Source: Williopsis jadinii
Taxonomy: Eukaryota
Assembly: GCA_024346625.1 (NCBI GenBank)
Contig: AP024666.1
Span: 1,488,001 to 1,552,000 of the forward strand
Direction: 5' to 3'
DNA: 64,000 nucleotides
In this document: in pieces, positions 1-10,248 of the stretch
How the letters are laid out: each line of letters starts with the position of its first letter
How positions within the stretch are numbered: the stretch's first letter is position 1
Position numbers and translations under genes: made by a program
Notes under the pieces: model-generated
Databases searched by the model: none
What the model saw: only the letters and a program-made list of their open reading frames with translations
What the model was told of the DNA's origin: nothing

Positions 1-249
1 TTGTAAGCCATACAGGAAACTCGAAAAGCTCTCATTGAAGTCCGTGAGCGATTCATGGACTCTTTGAATCTGTTGAACGTTTGAGTCCAAATCAGCAACG
101 TTGTCACTCAACTCTGAAAACATCGAACTAAACCCATCTAATGGGGTACGTGTGGGATCTATTTCGTAGTGTATACCAGGAGAAGGTAAGATATTGGATG
201 ACCGTGATAGTCTGTGCGGTGTTGATCCCCTCGATACTCTCTTAGACAT
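1..249 (-). CDS. DAM1: DASH/Dam1 kinetochore complex subunit Dam1 (N-terminal part; runs off window start)
   Basis: Not in ORF track. Hand translation from ATG at 249: MSKRVSRGSTPHRLS...FSELSDNVADLDSNVQQIQRVHESLTDFNESFSSFLYGLQ; FNESF.SFLYGL is the Dam1 signature. Follows SHY1 on the same strand, as in S. cerevisiae (YGR112W-YGR113W). Confidence 0.88.
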   Translation of the reverse strand, partial: MSKRVSRGSTPHRLSRSSNILPSPGIHYEIDPTRTPLDGFSSMFSELSDNVADLDSNVQQIQRVHESLTDFNESFSSFLYGLQ

Positions 250-479
250 AGTTGCTCTCTTCCTTTCTTTAGCCTTGTTTACTTTTCAATATGGCAGCTG
301 TTGATGTTGTTTGTTTTGTTTACACCTTCACCTATCCGCGCAACCATACAACTACGAATACTGTGTGGCACAAACCAGAGAGTTGCATATTGAACTGCGA
401 TGAGTGTACTGGTAAGAATTATATATATACAGAGTGAACTCCACCGTTGCTGGGAACGAGGTGTTGTTGTTGCTTCTAT

Positions 480-1586
480 TCACATGAACTTGTGTGCATG
501 TCTCAGTTTATCCTTCATTGGGTCCTTCGGTTTCTTCTTCAGGACAATGAACAATAGAATGGATGAGGCGAAGCACAACCCATACCAGGTGACAATGTAC
601 TGTAAGTGGTTATTTCTGAAATCGATGGTGGCCGTTCTTCCAATTGGAACACCAGCGTTCATGAACTGATATTGGGAGAATTCTTGAACCTCTTCAGGTT
701 TGATGTCCTTCAGGTGTGTTTCCTTGTGTGTCTTTGCACTGGCCCAAACTTTCCACCACGGTTTGGGCTCAGTAACGGTGACAGTTTCAATTGGATGGTC
801 TTTGAGATCCACAAGGGCCGCAAGATGCAGTGGGATACACCCTGTGAATTCTGCCATCTCGTTATAGTCCAAGACGTGCCATAGTCTAGATTCAGGGTCT
901 GTTTTTTGCATGGTGATTCTAGGCTTTGGATTGATCATCTTGATGATACATTCGACCTCCACTTCATGCATAGGAACGGACAAATGGTGTAGCGATCTTG
1001 TTCCTGGAATCACATGATTATCAGTGACGAATCCTCTTTCGATCAACACATCAGGGCCTCCATCTGATCTGACAAGCGGTGTGTACAACGTATAGCCCTT
1101 CTGTTCATTCTTAATCTTTGGACCTACAAACACCTCTCTTGAATGGTCAAATTTACCCTTGACTATAACACGTCTGTATTGCCAATCCTCAGCATCTTCT
1201 GGATCAAAGTTCTTTGGTAATGGGATAGGGTCGTAAGTCAATCTGTCCTCAGAGGATGCAATGAGGTTGTTCTTCCATTTCAATCTACGCAATTGCCACG
1301 TCCCTAACATGAACGAGATTACCGGCATCAAAATCAACAATGATAGGAAGATGTACTTGGATAATGTCCATTCTTCTTTGTCTGTGGTCTTGATAGGTTT
1401 CCAGTCAACGTTGGAAGTGATAACGGTACGACGGCTCTGGAAGCTTGGCTGTGATTTGAGTCTCAGGTTTACAGACTGGTACTGATGCAGTCCAAGTTGA
1501 AGCTGTGATGAGCGCACCGCCAGAGGTCTGAGCTGAGACGTCAGCGTACTTCTTGGAATGATCTTCGTCAAAGAATAGCGAAACAT
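480..1586 (-). CDS. SHY1: SURF1-family cytochrome c oxidase assembly factor
   Basis: LGTWQLRRLKWK, VLIERGFV and NNHLQYIVTWYGL SURF1 motifs; Arg/Ser-rich mitochondrial presequence from ATG 1586 (MFRYSLTK). Confidence 0.95.
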   Translation of the reverse strand: MFRYSLTKIIPRSTLTSQLRPLAVRSSQLQLGLHQYQSVNLRLKSQPSFQSRRTVITSNVDWKPIKTTDKEEWTLSKYIFLSLLILMPVISFMLGTWQLRRLKWKNNLIASSEDRLTYDPIPLPKNFDPEDAEDWQYRRVIVKGKFDHSREVFVGPKIKNEQKGYTLYTPLVRSDGGPDVLIERGFVTDNHVIPGTRSLHHLSVPMHEVEVECIIKMINPKPRITMQKTDPESRLWHVLDYNEMAEFTGCIPLHLAALVDLKDHPIETVTVTEPKPWWKVWASAKTHKETHLKDIKPEEVQEFSQYQFMNAGVPIGRTATIDFRNNHLQYIVTWYGLCFASSILLFIVLKKKPKDPMKDKLRHAHKFM

Positions 1587-2107
1587 CTCCCTACTGGCCG
1601 TGAACAACCGCTTTCTTTCCTTCAAAAATGAAAGACGATGATATGCTTTCTATGAGAGCTGGTCCAAGGGCTTTGGAATTTTGAAAATTTCCCACGCGGG
1701 TTTGTAGAGCTTTTTTGGTTGGACATTGGAGGCTACAGTGAAAGCGTCCAAATTTGATAAATCGTCCAAATTGGGTAATTACCCTATTTGGTTAATAACT
1801 GAGTGTGCGGGTGAGAGGATTCGGGTCTACAGATGCCAGTGATATCTCGCTTGATTTGTACTAATTTAATAAGGTGACGAGTTTTGAGAATCCATAGCAT
1901 TTCAATGATTTGATATCACCATCAGAGCATCTTAATTGAAGAGTGGCCATCGTATTTGTTAACTGATTTATATTTAACAGGTTATTTTTTAGTAAATACT
2001 ATCTCTTTGTATTTTCTTGTCTTATTCTTCTTAGTTTATGATAATGTTGTCTTATCTTATTCAAAATTTACCAAGAGGCTTTAGTATAATCTAAAAATGC
2101 CATAGTA

Positions 2108-2380
2108 ATGAAACTCAGTATTGTTATTTTCGCAATCACTCTATTATAATCAATCTTGCAAGTGCTTTTACCTTGGAAGTTTGTACTAAATTTTATGCTG
2201 TTTTCAGGTACCAGAAGCACAATGATGGTAATGTTTGAAATAGCTCAACCGTTTGGCTCAACTGTCAGAATGAGGTATACGCAGCTAGCGCAGAAACTGT
2301 ATAACGATATGAGGTCATAGTAAGTGCAAAATAACACGTTGGTATATATATTTCGGTAAAATTCAAGTTATCTTTTACGT
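2108..2380 (+). pseudogene. Possible decayed small secreted-protein gene
   Basis: ATG 2108 gives MKLSIVIFAIT; with one frameshift it continues SIIINLASAFTLEVCTK (signal peptide-like with A-S-A cleavage site), then several in-frame stops. No homolog recognised. Confidence 0.2.
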
Positions 2381-5106
2381 AGCGGTTTCTCCCATGTTGA
2401 GTCGCAATACGGCCAACACATACAATCTCACAACATTTCACGGATATACAAGGCTTGGGCACCATAGACAAAGAATAGGGAGAATTACCAAAGATAAATC
2501 TGCTGATATCACTCCTTGTCATGAAAACCAAGTGTGAAGGATATCGTCTTAGAACTTGAACCGAGGCATTCACCATGGAAAGAGAAGGGGCCGGCTCAGC
2601 TGAGTATAAATAACTTGTCGAAAGTTCTAGAATTCTACTCACCAGCTTGAACAAGTAAACAAGATGCCTGTTAGCTATCCTCGTCAAGTATCAGTTGTGT
2701 GTTCCAACGGCTTTGATTTTATCTCACAAATAGACATCCCACTAGTGCTGTGACTCTTTTTGGGTGTTCAATAAGTTGGTGAATTATTGTTTCGGTTTCT
2801 CAAACTCGTTTACACCACGAACCCCTTCAAATTACAAACGAAATATATATTGAGCTACCTCATCACCAATTAAGGCAGAACATATAGCTTTGACTACTAG
2901 ATCGAGAAATTCATTCTCTATCGATTCATTGGTCTTAATGTTTTGTATACTGTATTACCTTTCGATATTTATATGCATCATGTATGGCTTACATATACGG
3001 TATACATACACATGCTAAGTTTATGCATAATATTTCTAGTAGAAGGACAGGCGTGGTCTTTTTTTTTGGAAACGCTTGCCCACAATCGAGGCTTATGAGA
3101 GAGTATGTGCAAGCGATCGTTGAAATTGTGTTGAAGAGATGCTTTATCTACCGTTATAGATCATAGTTTTTGGTTAAATTGATAGATCGACACTTTCTGA
3201 GATGGACATCCAGCAGTACATGCTAATCGTACACTTGCACGTTCACGCTGTTGGTGATATGCTTGTGCTACAGGTTGATCAAAGTTACGTCATAGACTGT
3301 GAGCACTAATTAGGTCGCTGATCGCCATTCTCCCAATTGATAACGCGCCTGAGTATTTCAGCTTGCACTTGATTGGAGCTGGAAAGATCCGTTAACTAAA
3401 CCTTTCGGGTAAGTCATGGTGTAATGAAGCGTCAAGTCAGAGTCAACTCGGTAGTACGCTGTGAACTACCAAAAAAGGACCGAGGTCTAAACAAATTCGC
3501 CTTGGATGGAATGGATTAAGTAATGATAAGATGATCTTGAATTACACACGGCACATGGATCTACAAGTTATCAAATCATTGTATCATGTGCTCTGCGGAA
3601 ATGGCAGGTGTAATCCAGTAGTTAAATCTATGGCTATATCAATTCGACTTGCTTGAGAACCTAGTAGATACCTCTCTCCGTGGAAGCACCGATGGTCGAA
3701 AGGAATACGGACTTTGACAATCAAAGATGAACCAGAATTGGTAAGACACTTCCAAACACCGTGTGGCCAACGCATGATGGAAATACTTTGTCTTATCGAT
3801 GACAACTCTGAACATCAAACCACCTTAGCCTTTCGACCAGTGAACAAAAAAGTGAACAATAAGCAGCAGCGCCCGAAAGTTCTCAACCGCAACGTGATCA
3901 ACAGACACAGCCGTGATTCACAGCATGCTTTTGTCTTTTCGGTTTAAGTCCGATGCCCCCTCCACCCAAACGGCATCTTGGCATTGGCGGACAATGTTGA
4001 TGAACCAAGAAATCACATAAATTTCGAAGAGTTTGAATGAAGGAAGCTGAATGATATGGTAAGTTAAGCAAGGTACTTTGCCAACAGGTATAAATGGATA
4101 TTATAGGGTGGAAAAGTGTTTAATTAGTACAAAGGAAGTAGACATTCTAATACTGGGGGAGCTTTCTACAGTCTGTGCACGATTCCAATCACACGGATGG
4201 TCGGCTATTCTGCTACTATCATTGAACGAAGGGGTTAATTAGGCCGAGTAGAGGACGACACAGCTCAATGCAATGTAGATCAAAGAAATACCCGGAATGG
4301 ACCACCACAAGGTAGTCCAACGCCTCTGCTTATCGAGTCTTGAAGTCCTACGGAATTGTGAAAATCAATGCCCCGTACGGCACAGATGTAGAGAGATACG
4401 TATAACATATGCAACGTGGAGTTAGACGTTGGATGCTGAGTCAAAGGAGTCATGTCATGAATAGCGTGTTTGTCAATTCACTTCGAGAGATAGTTGTCGC
4501 TGGTGATTGCCTGTAATGGTCCAATAGCCGAACTCGAGGAGAAAGATAACTACCAAGTGAGCTTTTATACACTCGTAATGTTCACAATGCCACGACGGCT
4601 ATTTGATGAGTAACTTTTGGAGTCCTGTGATTCTTAAATACGTGATAATTGGCTCTGAACGTATGTTCATCTCCTCACACTCTGTATTGGGTATAGTGGA
4701 ATGACTTAGTATTATGGTATTATAATACCACTTGAGCCGTGCGGGATCTATTCCATGCAAAGTTGTGGACCGTCGGTATTATGCGTCTCTCCAGCATTCG
4801 TATCAAAAGTCGTGGAAATGGTTCAAGTTTCGTTTCATGCATAATTATCTACTTCATTTTGTAAGGTGGTCTTCTCTCCACAGTTACAACTGATGACTGT
4901 CAATCAAGAAGAAAACCGCAGTCGCCATTCGTATGATAACGCGTTCTCAATCCTGCTCTTCCCCTTTATCGATAAGTGCCCTATAAAGAATGATCTATAT
5001 AAACCCCCAAAGTTACACATTTAAGTCAGTTTGAGGATAAAGATTTTTAACAACCAAGGCTAGCATTGATATTGTATAAGCATAACATCCCAATCTGATT
5101 TAGGAA

Positions 5107-7815
5107 ATGGAGGAGACGTCCAAAAAGAACACCGATGTATATGAAAAGCCTTTAGATGACAAGCACTCTGGTAGCCAGGATGATATTTTCCTGACTTTTA
5201 CCGAAACTGAGGAGATCGAACCTGGTTTCGGTAAAAGAGAATGGAATGAAGAGAAAGTCAATGACTACTACATAGGACTCTCTTCCAGTGAGCTGAGCTT
5301 GTTGCTAGAGAAGTGTGGTCATGGTCATTCCACCACAGATCGTGAGGAGCTGAACGATGAACTGAAGTACGTCTTGGATAAGATGATTAATATGACAGAA
5401 GAACGAGTTCTTCACATTTTTGATCAGACGATCAAAGAACATGACCACGATGTTAACTTCCCAGAAGACGACTGGTCTTTTATTACTGATTACGTGTGTG
5501 GAAAGTTGAGCTTGGACGACACTATGGTAAAGTTCAGGGCAAAACTTACTGCAACTCTGTTCTACTACCATTCTATTTACCCTGAAGTTCGTGCGGTCAC
5601 TGATATCTTTGACGATGAGGAGCCTTGTGAGACTATAAGATCTTATACCATAGCTATTATTTGGGTTATTATCGCTTCTGGTGTCAACGAATTCTTCTAC
5701 CATAGACAGCCTGCTATTTCATTGTCATCCTCTGTCATATCCGTCTTGATGTATCCATGCGGGAAGGCATGGGAGTATGTCATGCCAAACGTTATGGTTC
5801 CATGGTTTGGTGGTAAGATCCCATTGAACCCAGGCCCATATTCTTACAAGGAACAAATGTTTGCAACTATACTTAGTGGTGTCTCTGGTACAACTGTCTA
5901 TGTTTCATCAAATATCATTGTTCAGAGGCTGTTTTTCAAGAACACTTGGGTTGATTTTGGATATCAGTTCTTGTTAACCATGTCCACACAGTTCATTGGA
6001 TTGTCATTTGCTGGTATATTGAGAAAGTTTTGTATCTACCCAGACAGAGCTGTTTGGCCAACTTTTCTTCCAACTCTTGCCCTTAACAGAGCCTTGTTGA
6101 AGCCAGAGAGAAAAGAAGTCATCCATGGATGGAAGATATCTCGTTATAATTTCTTCTGGATAGTATTTGCCAGTATGTTCTGTTACTTCTGGTTACCAGA
6201 TTATATATTTGGGGCGTTGAGTACTTTCAATTGGATGACTTGGATCAAACCCACAAACTTCAACCTTGCGATGGTCACTGGAAGTGTTTCAGGACTCGGT
6301 CTTAATCCTGTTCCAACGTTTGATTGGAATGTTGTGTCTATGCTCATGAACCCATTGGCAATGCCATGGATCACCATCTGGAATATGTACTTGGGTGCAG
6401 TGGTTGGATTTGTGATAATCATCGCGATGTACTACTCCAACTATTACTGGACTGCGTATCTGCCGATTAACAGTAATGACATATTCACCAATACAGGTGA
6501 ATCCTACGAAGTGACTGAAGTTGTTACAAATGGTTTACTTGATCCTCAAAAGTACCAAAAGTACTCACCACCATTTTACTCTGCAGCCAATCTTCTTGTG
6601 TATGGTGCTTTCTTTGCAGTATACCCACTGTCATTCTTCTACAACTCTTATAAAGAATGGTATACAATCAAAAAAGCTATTGTCATGACAGTTTCTGGAG
6701 TTGAAGATATGCTCAAGGGGTTTAGCATCAAGAAATTCTTTAAACAAGAGACACAATATTTCAAGATGTTCAATGATCCAACAACTAGAATGGTAAGAAA
6801 ATACAGAGAGGTTCCTGACTGGTATTATATTGTTATTCTCGTGGTTGCCTTTATTTTTGCAGTACTCACTGTGGAGGTTTACAAGGAGTCAAAGACACCA
6901 GTATGGGGTATCGTGTTTGTGCTTGCAATCAACTTTCTGTTCTTGATTCCATTCTCTGTCTTGGTTGCAACTACTGGTGTCCAGTTTGGTTTAAATGTAC
7001 TTGTCGAGTTGATCATTGGTTATGCTCTTCATGGTAATGGTATTGCACTTATGACGCTGAAAGCCTTTGGTTACAACATTGATGGCCAGGCTGACAGTTT
7101 TGTGAGTTCCATGAAGATTGGTCACTACGCAAGAATTGCACCACGTGCTATCTTCAGAGCCCAACTGATTGGTACTTTCATCCAGGCCTTTGTCTTCTTG
7201 GGTGTTGTGAACTGGTCCATGTCCAACATCAAAGACTTTTGCCAACTTGATCAGAGTGCTAAATTTTCTTGTCCACAAGAGAGAACTTTCTATTCAGCTG
7301 CTGTTTTATGGGGTACTATTGGACCAAAGATTGTGTTCTCCGGATTATATCCAACTTTGAGGTATGCATTCTTGATTGGCTTCCTCATTGCACTACTCTT
7401 CATTGCTTTGAGACGCTGGGGTGGAGGTACAACTTGGTACAGATATGTTGGTCAACTAGAACCAACGGTATTCTTGAATGGTATCATCAATACTTATGCA
7501 CCATACAACCTGACATATATGACAGGTGGCCTGTACCTTGGTTACTTCTTTATGAACTTCACAAAGAAGCGTTATGTTGCCTGGTTTGAGAAGTACAACT
7601 ATGTCCTTGCTGCTGCGTTGACCGCAGGTGTTGCCTTCTCCGCTATCATCATCTTCTTTGCTGTACAATTCCACGCAAAGAACATTAGCTGGTGGGGAAA
7701 CAACGTTATGTATGAAGGAGTTGATGGTGGTGTTGGACAAGTGGCGCTATATGACGTCTCTGATACTGAGAGAGGTTACTTTGGACCACAAATGGGCCAT
7801 TATCCAACTGATTGA
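5107..7815 (+). CDS. OPT-family oligopeptide transporter (paralog A)
   Basis: 902 aa, multi-TM; OPT motifs S(I)YPEVR, NPGPYSYKEQ, KYREVPDW, MKIGHY..IAPR; TATA-like TATATAAA near 4996. Confidence 0.96.
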   Translation: MEETSKKNTDVYEKPLDDKHSGSQDDIFLTFTETEEIEPGFGKREWNEEKVNDYYIGLSSSELSLLLEKCGHGHSTTDREELNDELKYVLDKMINMTEERVLHIFDQTIKEHDHDVNFPEDDWSFITDYVCGKLSLDDTMVKFRAKLTATLFYYHSIYPEVRAVTDIFDDEEPCETIRSYTIAIIWVIIASGVNEFFYHRQPAISLSSSVISVLMYPCGKAWEYVMPNVMVPWFGGKIPLNPGPYSYKEQMFATILSGVSGTTVYVSSNIIVQRLFFKNTWVDFGYQFLLTMSTQFIGLSFAGILRKFCIYPDRAVWPTFLPTLALNRALLKPERKEVIHGWKISRYNFFWIVFASMFCYFWLPDYIFGALSTFNWMTWIKPTNFNLAMVTGSVSGLGLNPVPTFDWNVVSMLMNPLAMPWITIWNMYLGAVVGFVIIIAMYYSNYYWTAYLPINSNDIFTNTGESYEVTEVVTNGLLDPQKYQKYSPPFYSAANLLVYGAFFAVYPLSFFYNSYKEWYTIKKAIVMTVSGVEDMLKGFSIKKFFKQETQYFKMFNDPTTRMVRKYREVPDWYYIVILVVAFIFAVLTVEVYKESKTPVWGIVFVLAINFLFLIPFSVLVATTGVQFGLNVLVELIIGYALHGNGIALMTLKAFGYNIDGQADSFVSSMKIGHYARIAPRAIFRAQLIGTFIQAFVFLGVVNWSMSNIKDFCQLDQSAKFSCPQERTFYSAAVLWGTIGPKIVFSGLYPTLRYAFLIGFLIALLFIALRRWGGGTTWYRYVGQLEPTVFLNGIINTYAPYNLTYMTGGLYLGYFFMNFTKKRYVAWFEKYNYVLAAALTAGVAFSAIIIFFAVQFHAKNISWWGNNVMYEGVDGGVGQVALYDVSDTERGYFGPQMGHYPTD

Positions 7816-8184
7816 GATTACATATGTATTAAGCTTCATGTTTATAGATATAAGCGTGCATTTGATAAATTGCGATATTGATATCTCATGACACTTGAGA
7901 ACGTGTAGCTACATATGTGACGTGATAACGTGTGTGAATTGAAACAAGAATATCACCACCCCGTTTAAGAAATCCACACCTATAACTTTGAGTCCAGAGC
8001 ATACGTCGCGTAACTACAGGACATAGTGTTCTTTTGGTGTTTATGTAACGTAACTGAGAGTTGGTTTACTTGACAGTTGATATGGCTGTTAAATGTCTAG
8101 TACTGACAGTGGTTACTTGACTAGCGAATGACAAGGCAGCACACCTCTACCAATCCTTATACCTAACGGCAACTTATAACTTCT

Positions 8185-8797
8185 GATAAGCTTATTGGTA
8201 AGATATTGTTGATTTGTAAGGTTTTCCAGTGGGAGAATAATAAAACGTGTTACAGTTGTTGAGGGAGATTGATACAAATGAGGACACACTAATGAATTTG
8301 CTCTTATCTTCGGAGTGACTTACTCGAATATGAAGTAGTAGCTTCTGTGAATTGTCTGTAAACAACAAGTCGTCCATTATTGTTTCATTTCTCCGATCTA
8401 AGCTTATCCACTAAGGATGCTTTGATCGGCCGAATAAATAAACCTCAAGACATGCAAAATTGATGCTTTTATTAAAGTGTGCATTTCAAGGCGTTCTCAT
8501 ATACGTTCTGCTTACAGGTGTGGCATGTAATGAATGCTTTAAAACCTAACAGCAACAACTCGCCTCATGGCTAGTTGAGGCAGATAAGTCCATGTGGCTC
8601 TAAGAGTTGCCGTTCCTGTGAAAGGGAACCGGAAATCCTTTAAATAGACCATCACACATAACCGTGGATCTCAACCACGGCACTATGCCCTGTACCTTAT
8701 ATAGATAACAGGAACAAAATGGGGTTATAATCAAAACAGCCACAACCGGAATTCTCTTGAATACTTTTCGGCTATTATCGGTGAGCTAATTGATAAG
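8185..8797. promoter_or_regulatory. Cluster of GATAAG (Gln3/Gat1-type nitrogen-regulation) sites between the OPT genes
   Basis: GATAAG/CTTATC at 8185, 8303, 8403, 8583, 8792; further sites at 10074 (before paralog B) and 4971 (before paralog A). Confidence 0.4.
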
Positions 8798-10248
8798 ATT
8801 CATCATGGTATCGACCGTTATCGCATAACAGCACTACGTTGTACAGCTTTGCAGCTTCCATAAATGAAGAAGTGTTGTACAGGCTGTTGATGTTATATGC
8901 AAGTTTATTAGGACTATTTTGACAAGAATGATCAAATCGATTAGATGATGCTTTCCAAGAGAAATCACAGGATTGGAACCGTGATGTCAATATAGTCACA
9001 ACGTAAGTGCTGCAGAATCACAACGTTTACCCTAAGAGCCAAGATTATATGCCACCAATCACCCGAACATCTATGACCTCACGGCTTGAAGGCACAGGCA
9101 TACAGCACCAACTTGCGAGCGCTCACCACTATGCTTACGCATCACACTTCCACGACATAGATACACCAGGTTTCTAACAGAACTCAGTACTTTAAGAACA
9201 TAGAATTTATTTAGTGAATGTTGCTGATTGAGGGATTTCAAACTCAGCAGATAATGCAGCGCATGTTGAAGCCTCAAGCCGTTAGTTATCCTCCACTCGT
9301 TTATATTGAGGAGGGAAAAACTCTGATAGTGATTGGCCTCAACGCACTTGTTCAACCACCAATAAAACAAATGAATTAGTGCTTACCAATCAATGAACTA
9401 ACGGCTTAGCTTACTTGCTCCTTTTGAGGTCAGTTAGAAAAAAAAAGACATTAACCTGTGCACACACTCTGCTGTATTGACTTGCGAAGAATTAACCTTC
9501 ACGCATCTGTCACCTTCGACCCGTACGGCACTGATAGTGATAAACGGAGGCACGGGGTTGAGAGTGGTTAAGTATACACTAGAAAGAAATAGTGAGTAAC
9601 GAGTGTTGACTTGTAATACATGGACTTTTGGGCTCGTCTTTGAAGCTTTCAATTACACCTGCAATCCACGACTTGCAAGGTAACGTTAAGTACAAAAGCA
9701 ACCCGTAAAAAGTCAAAACAAGCACAGTAGAACTTTGAGAAATTCTTTGAAGCAGTCTGGAATACATTGAATGGTCCAAATTTGGTACTTGGAATTGTAC
9801 GAACACGAGTACGCGGTAGGGTGGTGGAGACAGAAGTCATGCCGTGCTGGGTGCAGCAAGACACATCATGTTCACAGCTGCGTTTCCCAATTAGTACAGA
9901 ACTCCAATCGTAAAAACCTCGAGAACCATTTTAGAGTTCTTGAATGTAATGTAATCAGGGTTAAATACGTACTACATTCTTGTTGGTGTGCATGAAGACT
10001 CCAAAGTCACAGAGTAACTGATATCATACACCCCTCTACAATATTGATCAAGTGACCACCAATGCTGATCCGTGATAAGATGACCTTGCGTGATTACAGA
10101 GAAATCAATCGAGAGACCGGAAACTTACATCCACAAGATTGAGATTGAGCGTTCATTGGGAAGTATAAATTGACAGCTGTTCTCTCTTCATGGTTGACCA
10201 TACATTCTGACAAAGAGTATGAATTTGCACATAATTCGTTGAACCACG

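Noticed and set aside
3180..4300. Short ORFs in the SHY1-OPT spacer as possible LTR/retroelement remnants
   Set aside because: No TG...CA direct repeats, primer-binding site or gag/pol motifs recognised.
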